A stretch of 64,000 nt of DNA from Sphagnum compactum (lineage: Eukaryota). Positions 13,668-25,862 of this stretch are shown here, in pieces. The stretch lies in NCBI GenBank assembly GCA_965153455.1, contig OZ234493.1, forward strand, positions 17,660,213 to 17,724,212, in the 5' to 3' direction. The position numbers and the translations under genes were made by a program. Under the pieces are notes generated by a model, which saw nothing but the letters and a program-made list of their open reading frames with translations, did no database searches and was not told the DNA's origin. Each line of letters starts with the position of its first letter. Within the stretch, counting starts at the first letter, position 1.

Positions 13668-15375
13668 TCGAAGAGTTCGGAAGTTTAGACGACTTAAAAA
13701 GTTGTGGACGGAACTCTGAAAAGACCTCAACAAATGGGCTTCCGGACTTCCGACTAACCTCCCTTACACATTCCCCTAAACATTTTTGTTTTAAGAATCA
13801 AGTTTTACACCCCCCCCCCCTCCAACCCCCCCCCCTACGACCTCCGAGGACACTCAAGTAAGAATAGTCGATTTGTCCGTGGAAATTAAATTACCCCCAT
13901 TTTCCCCAACACCCAAAACCACGGAAAACCAAGTATGTGTTCATCTCTTGAATTTAATTAATTATGTTCCCAAATTGAAAAAACCTAAATTCAAATGCAA
14001 GTGAAAGGAGGACGGGGTACTTAGGTTTTTTTCACATTCTCGAAAATGTTATTGCCCCTTTGATTGATTATAGGTTTTTGTGGTAGTGTAAACAAGTGTT
14101 TTTAAATTTCTATTATTTGTAGATTTGAGGGATCTCCCCCGCGAGAAGAACCCTAGTCCGTTACGCCAACCCTAGGCCAAGATCCTCCTATTCTCATGTG
14201 TTCTCACATGCCCATAAAAAGAAGAGTTTGTTGGGGGAGGTTTAGGGTTTAGGTTTAGGGTAAACCTAAACCCTTTTGAGAACCCACTCGTACAAAAACC
14301 TAAACCTATTGACCTAGTAGTCACCAATTGCCTTTTTTTACTTATGATTTACTTACCTAATAGTAACCACTTCGATTCTTTACATACTTTTGTTTATTGT
14401 ATTTACCCACTTACATTTGGTAGTTACTAGTGTTGGTCAATTTTTTTTTTCTTTTTCTCATAATCATCCAAGTTAGTTATCATGTTTTTGAAAATTTTAC
14501 ACATTTTAGTTAGTGTTTTATTTTTTGTAAAAAAAGTTAATCATCCAATTGCAAAAAAATAAAAAAGGAATATTTTATAGCAATGTTCCCATTCTTTTGG
14601 ATTTTTTTGGGGCCAAATTTCAAGAGAAAAAATTGTCGCCTTTGGATTCGACTTTTCATTTTGTAGCAACTTTTAACTAGTTTTTAAAATTGTTTTCAAT
14701 AAGTTTTAAAAACATGTTGCCATTATTACTAAATCCTTCTTGGGGTGTTGACCAATGACACAACACTTGAAATTTGAAATCTAAAAAAAAAAAAATCACT
14801 AATGTTGATTATCAATTTACCCAATTTCTTTTTGGGATAATCGTTGGTTTATAAATAAGGGTTGGTTCTCAAATAAGAGCTTTGAGAACCATCAACGATA
14901 TATTGTCTAGGTTAAGGTAGGTTATAACAATTTTTTTTAATAGAGCCTATGAAACATAGGAACCCTAGACCACTTAGCAAGGGAAAAGGTAGGTAGTTCT
15001 TTAGGTTACAAGGGCAAGGGTTTGATCTTTTCATGTTGAGAGGGGGCAAACTCTTTATCCTTGCAAGACAACTTTTTATGTGATATAAAATACACTCACA
15101 TTACAATAAATCTTTTTAAAAACTTACATAAGAAACTTAGCTTACCTATCCTAACGTCAAATGTTGAAAGTGTGTATTTTAGAATTGGCAATGTGATTGC
15201 AAAAGAGGTTTTGCAACTTACAACTACAAAAGCTCAAGTTTGCATTTTGGAGGTTGCACAATCCCATAAATATATTTATGTTTGTTTGATCAAGCTACAC
15301 TAAGATTTTGTGATTCTTTCTAGTGCTTTTTTGGTTGTGTGGTGTTGGGGTGGTTTTATGTTTATGTGATGGTTA

Positions 15376-15463
15376 ACCCGAGTGTGGTTGGGGTAGGCAA
15401 TTTGTATAGTGTTGGATGAAGTTTTCTTTTAAAAGAACTAGGGTTCAATTCCTCCGCAAGTTA
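15376..15463 (+). mobile_element. SINE-like dispersed repeat, copy B
   Basis: B-box-like ggttcaattcc at 15442-15452. Inverted homolog of 1045-1130. Confidence 0.45.
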
Positions 15464-16191
15464 CTTAATTTGGTTGATGTTTTGTTTTTGCACTTGTTAA
15501 CAATTGTGTAATTGCAAAAACTTTTGGAAACGAAGTCGAAGTTTGATAATTCTTTGTAAGTTCTTTGGATTTGAAAATTAACTCATTCATAACCACCCAA
15601 TACAATAAAATAAAATAAAATAAAATAAAATAAAAATTCAGATATTTATCTCGACAACTAAATTGTTGATTTTTTTTTTGGATACATATCCTTCTCTTTA
15701 AAAAAAAAAGAAGAAAAGAAGAAAATGTTATGTTGATATGGGGAGGTTAAGTTGAAAACTAGATAACCTGACAACACTGGTAACCAACCTGGTTATTCCT
15801 GTCCCATAAGCCCACCCACCATGGTTAGCTATGGGACAAAGGAATTCAACACACAAATTGTTTTCCTATCCATTCATCCTACATGATGTCATAGAGCATG
15901 CATGCATGCAAAATGTCAGGAATCCAAGTTGGGTATTTTATTTTATTTTTTTAAAAAACAAACTTTTTAACACCTCTTATCATGGATAAACCCTTACTAT
16001 TTTATTTGCCATAAAATTTTAGCAATAAATATTATAAATAAAATTATTTTTTAAAAAAAATAAAGAAAAGAAAAGAAAAACCCAACTCTCATTGTCAGTC
16101 AAAGGCACACTCTTTCACTTTGAAGATTATAAGCAAAAAAGGTGCATCATGAATCATGGCAATTGTTTGTACTTTTTGGCTTTGCCCTTTT

Positions 16192-16296
16192 AGAAGAAAA
16201 ACCCCATTTTTCGACTTGTCTTAGGCGACTAAAAGTGTCTTTTGCGACTATACTTTTAGTCATCTAAGACAAGTCAAAAAATGGGGGTTTTCTTCT
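16192..16296 (-). ncRNA. Near-perfect 105-nt inverted repeat: candidate pre-miRNA hairpin (or mini-MITE)
   Basis: Left arm agaagaaaaaccccatttttcgacttgtcttaggcgactaaaagtgt versus the reverse complement of the right arm agaagaaaacccccattttttgacttgtcttagatgactaaaagtat gives a ~47-bp stem with ~5 mismatches/wobbles and a short loop. Strand is inferred from the upstream TATA box. Confidence 0.5.
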
Positions 16297-16516
16297 TCCA
16301 TGCTTTTCCAAGTAGTTGTGGATCAAAAGATGGGTATTAAAATATTGTTCACAATCTCCTCAAATCACTCACTACAAGACAAAAAGCTTGAGAGAGAGAG
16401 AGACAAACAAAGAGAGAGAGACAAAGAGAGAGTACAAGAGGGGACCACTTTCAGCTGCCCAAGACCAAAACTGAAAACTCAAAAATCTGATTCTGCACTT
16501 ACTCTGGACTCTGGAG

Positions 16517-16524
16517 TTTATATA
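16517..16524 (-). promoter_or_regulatory. TATA box (TATATAAA on minus strand)
   Basis: Minus strand reads cccaTATATAAActcc, followed by a CT-rich (Y-patch-like) leader at 16440-16385 and then the hairpin. Confidence 0.5.
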
Positions 16525-16604
16525 TGGGAAAGAGTTCCCATGTCAGCTTTGTTTTTGGGGGCAGTTTTGGGGCAGTTATGGGGTGGGCAAGGGGAATGTT
16601 TAAA

Positions 16605-16900
16605 ATACCCAATTGCTTTTTCTTTTGGGCAAGAGGTTGGGAGGGGGGGAATAGGGAGTGGGATATGGGAATAAATCACCTAATTGCTTCTTTTTTCTTT
16701 AGGGTGAAAAGTAAGGGGATTAGGGAGTGGGATATGGGAATGGATTACCTAATTGCTTCTTTTTCTTTAGGGTGGGAAGTAAGGGAATTAGGGAGTGGGA
16801 GATGGGTTATAATATAGCCAATTGCTTCTTTTTCTTTAGGGTGGGAAGTAAAGGGAATTAGGGAGTGGGATAGGGTAATGACAACACCCAATTGCTTTTT
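16605..16900. repeat. G-rich tandem repeat, ~70-bp unit, ~4 copies
   Basis: The unit aattgcttctttttctttagggtgggaagtaagggaattagggagtgggatatggg starts near 16611, 16682, 16751 and 16820, with a partial copy at 16890. Confidence 0.85.
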
Positions 16901-18399
16901 TTAATCTTGAAGACTAACTAACTAACTAACTAAACTATCAGCCCTCCCCCTCTCCCCCCCACTTCCACTTTTGACTTCTCAATTGGGGGAGGAGAAGAAG
17001 GGATAGGAGAGACTATGCAAATGCAAAAAATATGTATGATTTGTACTTGATATGTGATGATAATAATAGCCTACCACTTTTCTTCAATAGGCAAAAATCA
17101 AATCTGAGAAGGCAATTGAATAGGTAGAGAGTGAGAGGGATTCCTCAAGTGGGGGGAGGGTTTAGGGTTTAGGGTTTTGAGGGATTCCTCAATTGGGGGA
17201 TTCTCAATTGAAAAAGCATTTTGATAATGGCATTATGTTATACCAATGGTCTATATACCTATCTCCCTAGGTCTATACCTAGTCTATAGCTCCTCATGTG
17301 AGTGAGTGAGTGAGTGAGTGAGTGTTCTTCTTGGTTTCCTTCCATATATGATGAGCTGAATGGAGACTACTAGCCTACTCCATGCATGGCTTGGGCACAA
17401 CATGTCAGGATATTGTGTTCACCTGGAGATAGAAATTCCCATGTACTTGTTGCACAAATTGTTTGTGCATGGGAGGAGAGAAGAGACAAATTTTAGACAA
17501 CCAAGAAAAATGGGGACATGCAATATACCACACTATCTTATATGGGGTCCACACTTGCACCATCTTGTGAGTGAGTCCATTGTGGGTGCAATCATTCAAT
17601 TTTAGTGGTAATCTATGGGTACATAAAAGTAAATCATGCTCGATTCTACCTATAATTTTACCATCAACCCATTTGAAAGTTCACTATTGTGAACTCCGCA
17701 ATTTCTTTAGGAAGATAGGGAAGAGGTAGAAATAGTTTGGACTTTTTTTGTGTATGGATTTTATTTTATTTTTTGGGGGTAGAAGAAGTGTTGAATTATT
17801 ATGCTTGAAATGGGACTCTTGGTGTTAGTAATGCTCCTTGGCATGGTTGCAAGTTGAGATATTTTTGTTTGAGGTCTTTCCAAAGTTTGGTTGGTTAGAA
17901 ATGTTGTGCCTATTAGGTGTAACAAAACACCCCACATTAGTTTTCATTACAATTTTCAATCTAGTCTTGTGAGGTTTTCCTTCGTGATGTGCAATGGGAT
18001 GTCTATTTAATTCTTATGGTTTATTAAAAAATCCTCATTTAAATATTGTGATTTTGAAACCACCCAATGTGGATTAATGTAATGGAAACCCTTAAAGGCT
18101 TGACTCTAACTAATAAAAAGCAAAAAATCATGAATTTTCAACAATGGAATTAGAAATTAATTTGTTGGGACTCGGGAGGGTAATTTTTCCTCTAGGTTTT
18201 CTTTTTGGGTCTTTATATGTGTTGGAACATGAAAATTGAGATAGAAAGAAGGATTAGAATTGTGGCGGGAATGACCATGTGTGGTTATGCATACATGCAA
18301 CATGCATAATTATAATGTGAATTGATGTTGGATGAAAGCACATAATTCACACTAAAATCTTGGCTAAACTTTTCATGTGAGAAATCCAAAAAGATATTA

Positions 18400-20300
18400 C
18401 TCATATAGGTTTGTAAATTGGTAGCATCAACAATGTGCATTTTTGAGGGATTGATTTCACACAAACCTACGTTGGATTCAAAATATTATATAAAAATGGG
18501 CACATTTTCTTCATCCCAAAAAAGTTGAAATCATATTTAGTTTTGAAAACACAATATGCACAATTTGGGAAGTTTGGCTCAAGAAAAAGGAATAGATGTT
18601 GCAATTTCGTAATAAAAGTAATTATACATGGGCCATTTTATGCATGTTGGGTTTGGTAGATCTACCTCAACGCCCCCTCGTTTGAGGGGATTTCAATATA
18701 CATGGGTCATCCCTTTGAACAAGGGAAAACTTCCTAATGTGGATTTTTTTGTTATGCCATGTTAGCATTTACTTTGTTTCTAACCCCTTTCATTTGAGAT
18801 CTAAAACTCATTTAATTGTCGTGAACCTATTTGTTTCCTTAACATAGGCAACATTTGATGGATCAATCTTCTCACTATTCGCACTCTTTCCAACTCAACG
18901 TTAGGTATTCATTTTTATCCCCACATCTAGCTGATCTCAATGGCCATTACCTTATGAAAATTTGTCATTCCAAACTTTAGCACCTTTGTTTCATTGTAAT
19001 ACAATTCATGCACAATTGGACAACACCCATTCCTCAAGTTCAAGGCTTTCATAGACTTGAACAAGTTTGACTTGCCAAACACTTTATACAAAGTTTACAT
19101 TTTAGCTTAATTTCATCTTTTAAGTTCGACAAGCATTATTATGTCTAATAGAACCTAATGATGTGCATGTCCTTGCAACCCCTATTACAATGATATATAT
19201 ATATATACATACATCAACAATTATTCTAGCAAAAAACTCATGCCCACCTTAAATGACATACAAGTGCGACAAACAAGTAGCATGCAAGTGCCCAAAAGGG
19301 TCAAAAAAATTCATGTATACACATCCAAATTTTCACACAAACAACAATTGAGAATGTGAAACAAATATTGCATTGCACATGAATGCATTAGAAATAGCAT
19401 GATGACCATCTATAGTTTGAGTTGATAATGGGTAAACTTTCTTCCCATGACTCGCCATGGAAACACCTTTGTTGAAACTCTTATGTTGATCATATATATT
19501 GGTGAACTTTCACCTAAGTTTGTTGTCAAATGTTTAGTCTCTTTCTTCACCTTTCCCTAGGCATAACTCAAGCTTGCGAATGGTCACAAGCTTAAAGCGA
19601 AGTCCATGACCCACAAGGCATCATCATGTTGAAGAAGTAGGTGTAAGAGAAATTGATTTTGTTGCAATGGGCTTTGCCTTTGACATGATCAACCAAGTCG
19701 CAAGTTCAGTATCCACTTTGAAAAGAAAAAAAACAATGTTGGGCCATGTTGTGTGTTTTTGTTTACATTAAATAATTTCTACACATTTAGCCTAGCATGT
19801 TAACCTCCTTGTGTGCAATTGGCTTCATTAGAGCCCCCACATCATTTTGATACCCATTAACTGAAAATTGGCACATTAGATGTGCAAGGTTGATCTAATA
19901 AGTTTTTTTATCTTGACATTATCAATATCATTAACCCTTGCAACTACAAATGATGATGTCATTTGAAAACTAGAACCCAAAGCAAAATCTTGCTCACCAC
20001 CACAAATATGAACTCAAATACCAAATTGATTGAGACGTATAGTTGCAAGTTACAAATGATTATGACGAGTCCATTGTGAGTTTAAGTGATCACTAAGTCA
20101 TCTAATATGTTAAGCTAATATGAGATGAACATGCAAAATACATCTATGTATTCAAGGTCAAGCCCTTTAGAAACTTTGTATTTATAATGGCATTGCCTTG
20201 TTATGGTAGTTAGTTAGAAAATGACCACCTCTTGAAGGAAGCAAGAGCCCTTGGGGATGCCTTTTGGGATGTAAACCCATTCCTCCCTCTTATTAATTGG
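18400..20300 (-). mobile_element. Highly degenerate DNA-transposon-like remnant (possibly hAT)
   Basis: Stop-riddled coding-like composition with no long ORF. A weak GVVQLCMN resemblance to the hAT VVQVxTDN motif. Confidence 0.25.
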
Positions 20301-21191
20301 CAAACTATTATTATCAAGAGTTTTTCTTTTGCCTAAAGGTTTTCATTGGGGAATCTCACTACCCTTAATGTTCTAGATGCAATATCTTGCTTCAATTTTT
20401 TGTAAAGAGAGAATAAATAGGTCATTTAGGGTGTATTCTTGTGGGTAAGCTATCATTGAGTGAGCATGGGTGAGTGTTTAGTGACATTGCAATTGATTGA
20501 ATGCACCGTAAATAGCATGTTCCCTTTGCATAAATGACGTTGGGAATGTGATGGTTAGCATCAATGGAGCACAAGGGGAACATCAATTGCACCATGAAGG
20601 AAGGCATGAAAATCATTGGAAATGTCAAGATGCTACAACAACAACTACTACTACAGTTGTTATCTTTTCTCATACAAAAAACACACAAAAATTCCTAAAG
20701 GGAGAGAGACAAAAGAAGGCACCTACACCAAATATTGTGCTAAGTTCTTGTGCAAATGGGGTGGGCAAAAGTTGCACCAAAAGAAAAGTATGGCAATGGT
20801 CGGTTTTTTCTTTTTCACAATGGATGTTGTCCATTTGTGCCCCCTCCCCAAAAAATGAAAAATACCCACAACATTGTATTTGTTTATTTATTTATTTATT
20901 TTATTTTTGCAATGGATATTATCCATTTATGCCCCCCAAAAAAAGGAAAAAAAAAAAAAGAGAGAGAGAGAGAAAAAAGTGCACACTGGTAGGAGAGAAA
21001 AATAGGCCTTGAAAGGAAAAGTCCATGTTAGGCTAATGAAGCTAAAAACCAAACCTGATGGAAATTGCTGCCAGTTTCAAAGCAGCCAATATCCATAGGC
21101 TTGCTGCCATAAGCCCATGTGGGAGGGAGTTGGAGGAGGAGATAAGGGTATGTGTGACTGGAGTCCAGGAAAAAAAAAATTATTTTTTAAA

Positions 21192-21227
<36 letters not shown>

Positions 21228-22504
21228 TTACACCAAAGGATCATCATGTCATATAAATCATAATTCAACTTGGGTGGGGACCATTTTGCAAGGAGTATTA
21301 CCTACTATGTGCATTTTAGCACTAGCTATCTTGCGTGCTTGCGTGTGCACAATACGTATACTCCATCAACCATAAAAACCACCAACACCATGGTGGGTCA
21401 TGTGCGCCATGCATGCAAATAGGTACTAAGTACGGTATAAGGTAAAGCCATGGGAGATTGATTCTCAAATAGAATACATTCCTCCCTTAGTCCTCCTTGG
21501 ATGCCAAAATCTTTTTGTGAAGTTGGGGTGTATGTAGTACTAGTCAGATCATAATAAGACACCAAAGGCGATTGATTCTCAAATAGAATTTATCTACATG
21601 TTCCTCCCTCAATTCATCCAAGGAGAATGAATGAGATGAGAGGGGGTCAAAAAAATTTGTTCAAACATCCTCCCTCAAATACTCTTAGTTCACAAGTTTG
21701 ATGAAAGTTTTTAAAAATAAATAAATTTAATGGGTTGTTGTTGTTTTTTTCGTTGAGGGGATTTCCATTACAAATCCAGAAGTGTAATTGAGAATGTTAC
21801 AAAAGGCTAAATCCAGGTGCAACACAATAAAATGCAGCTCACTCTCCAACAACATAAGTAGTACACAAAAGTGTGTCAGGAAAAGTTTTTCTTCCTTCCC
21901 TTCCTTGCACTTGTTGTGTAAGGTGTTTTGGTCAAATGATAATTCCAATCATCATCATCATCATCATCCAAAAAAAAATTCAATCCAAGAAAATCATCCA
22001 AAAAAGCAATCCAGGAAAATCATGAATCATCATCCCAACATGTTACGCACATATAAAAACACCCACACACAAACACACACACAAAAGAAACATTGAAAAA
22101 GCTGATAATTAGAAATAGGCCACTACAATCTCATCTTGCAATCCATTCTCACAAGAGGGTTGAAAAACAAACGAAGCAAAGAAAAACATCACCCATTTCT
22201 CTTTTTTCTTGCTTGCATTTGTGTTAGAAGAATAGGTCGGACATAGTTTCCATAAGATTTCACTTTCCAAAGATTTTTTTAATGAAAGACCCGAAGAAAA
22301 ACACCACCCGTTATCTCGTTTTTTTTCCTTGCATTTTTTGTTGGAAGAATTGGGTAGTACAAAGTTTTTGCAATATTTTCATTCTCGTTAGAGGAAGGAA
22401 AAATGCTCTGAAAAACACAACCCATTAACTTTCCTTTGTTTTCCCTTGCGTTTTTTGTTGAAAGAATAGGGTAATACAAGGTTTGGAACAGATTAATTTC
22501 CACA

Positions 22505-22536
<32 letters not shown>

Positions 22537-23908
22537 AAGGGGATCTCCCCTTTAAACCCCAAAAAAGACTCCCCCCAAAAACCCTAAAAAACATTTTTAA
22601 AAAACCCCAAAACCCCCAATGAAAGACACCACCCATTATTAACTCTCCCTTTTTTTTTGTTGCCTCGCATTTTGGTTGAAATCACACAATTCTCAATTTT
22701 ACAAGCAAACAAAGTACAAACAAACAAACAAAACAAACAAACAAACAGTACTGGATTTCAGAGTGAAGAATTTGATTTTTTTGGGGGTTTTGTTTTCCTT
22801 TTTACCAATGAAGAAATAGAAGAATCTGGGTTTCTGGAGAGTTGTAGGAGAGAGAGAGAGAGAGATGGGAAAGAAATGCATGGAGAAAATCCATTCCATT
22901 TTCATCTCTTAATCCAAAAATCCAGTCTTTGGGTCTCTTTGGATGCCAGTAGTAAAATCAAAAGCCTTTTTGAATGAATGAGGTGATGATATGATCATCA
23001 TGATCATCATCAAAATGGTGGTGATGATGATTATCAGATGAGCATCTGATGAGCATCTCACCCAAATGCAAGAGAGAGCATGAGGGGAGGATGTGTTGTT
23101 TGTTTTGTGTGTGCAGCAGATCTGGGAACTATGAAAAGGTCAAGCAGCAGGCAGTAGTAGAAAGTAGTAGTAGACATAGTAGAACAACTGAGAAGAAGAA
23201 GAAGGAAAAAGACATGAACTTTGAAGGAGTTGTAGTTGTAGTAGTAGTGGATGATCATTGATGATAATGAATTTTAATGGATTGATCGATCGATTGACTG
23301 AAATTTTCCTGATTGATTGATTGAGTTTTTTAGTAAAGAGATTGAGAGATGTTGGTCTTGTGACGTTGCAAATCCTTTTGGTAATAAAATCAGCAAGCAA
23401 GCAAGCAGTTTTGCAAGCAAGATCTTGCAAAGGAAGAGAGAGATCTGAGCCTTGTTGCACCAGACACAGACAGAGAGAAAGAGGGGAAGAGAGAAGAGCA
23501 GCAGCAGCAGCAGTAGCATCAATGATGAGTGAATGAGTGAGTGAGTGAGTTGAGTGAATGATTGTGGTGTTCTTTTTGAGGAATCATCATCCATCTCTTG
23601 GAGTTTTTGAGAAATCTCTGAGAGTTTTTGAGGAAGCTCTCCTTTTGCCTTGTGTTTTCCAGCTGAAATTAGATTGTCTACCAAGCTTTACTTTACAGTT
23701 CAGTGTTGCTTTTCTCTTTGAAATTTTTTCTTGCAGTAGTTTTTGTTGGAGATAGGAATTGTTTGTCAATATTATTGTCTTAGTGCAGATTAGAAAGGAG
23801 AGAGCTTTGAGCTTCTCCTCCTCCTGCAGTTGTTTGAGTGAGGCGCAAGAATCCTGTTGCAGCAGATCATACAGACAAACCGCTCATCAGAAAATACAGA
23901 CATACCCA

Positions 23909-25862
23909 ATGCCTGAGGTTTGATCTCTCTTTTTTCTTTCTCTCTGCTCACTCTGTTTGATCTGATTTGTTTTACAAACAAATCATGGTTTTTCAATCTT
24001 GAGTTTTCTTCTTCCTCCTTCCTTCCTTCAAAAACAACAACTGTTTTTTTTTCTATGAGAAAAAAATTGGTTTTGCAATTCAATTTGTAGTGGAATCTGT
24101 GAAGAAGCAAAGCTCAGATGAAAAAAAAACTTGTATTAAATTCCAAGAGGAGAGAGAGAGAGACAGAGAGAGAGTGAGAGATTTTCTCTGTACTCTGGTT
24201 TCTTAGCTATGTGTGCATGTGTGTATGAACATTGCATGTGTGTGTGTGTTTTCTATCTCATGCTTGGGGTGTGTGTGTGCACATGCTGGATGTGGGTCTG
24301 CATGTGTGCTTGGAACTAAATTTGTTTGGAGTTTTGTTGTTGCAGACGGATATAAAGACGGTGGTACTAAGGGTAATGATGCACTGTGAAGGATGTGCAA
24401 GTACTGTGAAAAGAGCAGTCAAAAGGATACCAGGTAGGTACATACATCATACATCTCTATTTGCAATGGGAGGAGAGAGTGCAAAGGGATTGGAGATTTT
24501 GGAGACTTTTAATTCTTTTTCTTCTTTTTTCAGGGTGGGGTGATTGATCTAAGAAGGTTCTTGGCTGGGTTTTGTGTTTGATTGAACCATGAAACAAAAC
24601 AACAGGAATGACATCCTATCAAGTGGATTTTGCGGGACAAAAGGTGACAGTGATTGGAGCTGTGAAACCTGAAGAAGTTTTTCGCCGGGTTGCTAAAACT
24701 GGGAAGTACACTGAGTTTTGGCCAGAGGAGCCAAAGAAAGTGGCAGCTGCTAAAAAGGAGGAAAAGAAAGAGGAGAAGCAGCAGCAGCAACCCAAAGAAG
24801 AGAAAAAGGAAGAGAAGAAGAAAGAAGACAACAAGAAAGACGACAAGAAGGTTGAAGACAACAACAACAAGAAGGAGAAGAAGAAGACTGAAGAGAAGAA
24901 GGAAGAGAAGAAAGAAGACAATAAAAAGAAGGGAGCTGATCAACCCAAGAAGAAGGAGGAGAACAAAACTGAGGGAGCTGCTAAAGATGAGAAGAAGAAG
25001 GTACAAAGGTTTTCTTATCACACTTGTTTTGTGCCTTCAGAAAATTGTTTGATCCAATTGGGACATTGCAAAAGTTGTGTTTTGTTATCACACTTTTGTG
25101 CCTTTGGAAATTGTTTGATTGAATTCGGTTGTAGCAAAAATCCTTTTCCTCATTCACCCATCATTGTTCTATAGATTTTCTTTCACCCATCTTTCACGAT
25201 CTTTTTTGCAACCCACATCTCACCCACATCTCACACAAAGTACTTTGCCATGCCCTTGAGTCTTGATCAAACTCAAAGTTTCTAAACTTGATTGATTTCA
25301 AAGTCTCATACTTGATTGATTTTAGAATTGATTTTAGTTTGTGACCTTGATGTATTTCTCAACTTGTAGATGGATTTTGGTAACAATTTTTCGAGCGTGA
25401 TTTTGATCTAGCAATTCAAACACAAAGAGGGCATTTTTTTAGTTTGTATGTGCTTTTACAAATCTATAAAAACAAATTGCCAATTTCTTGAGTTCAAATG
25501 CATTCATGTTCCACTAACACAATATGGTGATATTGTAACTTTGTTAGGAGTCCAATGCGGAGGTAAAGAAAGAGGAGAAAAAAGAGGAAACTCCTAAAAG
25601 TGGAGGAGGAGGAGATGGGGGAGGAGGAGGTGGGGGAGGGAAGAAGAAGAAAAAAGGAGGAGGAGATGGAGGAGGCAAGGAGGAATCACCAAAGGAGGAA
25701 AAAAAGAAAGAGAAGAAGAAGGAAGAAAGCAAGGAAGAGAAGAAAGAGGAGAAGAGTACAAAGAAAAAAGAGGAAAAGAAAGTCGAAGAGCCTTATAAAG
25801 AAGATCCATACCCCGTTACATTTGTGCTTGGACCAGATTATACTCGATACTATTACTATTAG
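23909..25862 (+). CDS. Heavy-metal-associated domain protein (HPP/HIPP-like) with Lys/Glu- and Gly-rich C-terminal region; 4 exons, ~268 aa
   Basis: Exons 23909-23917 (MPE, inferred micro-exon), 24346-24433, 24606-25000 and 25548-25862 give an 807-nt open frame. HMA domain: TVVLRVMMHCEGCASTVKRAVKRIPGMTSYQVDFAGQKVTVIGAVKPEEVFRRVAKTGKYTEFWP. The protein ends ...GPDYTRYYYY*. Confidence 0.9.

Noticed and set aside
16086..16097. ctctcattgtca, complementary to the 5' part of miR535/156-like sequences
   Set aside because: The match stops after ~12 nt and there is no star arm.
16370..16379. CACTACAAGA resembling a CACTA transposon terminus
   Set aside because: No partner inverted terminus or transposase was found, and it points away from the hairpin.
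24530..25052. Long antisense and alternative-frame ORFs (Leu/Phe-rich, Arg-rich)
   Set aside because: Shadows of the low-complexity GAA/AAG-rich HMA exon.
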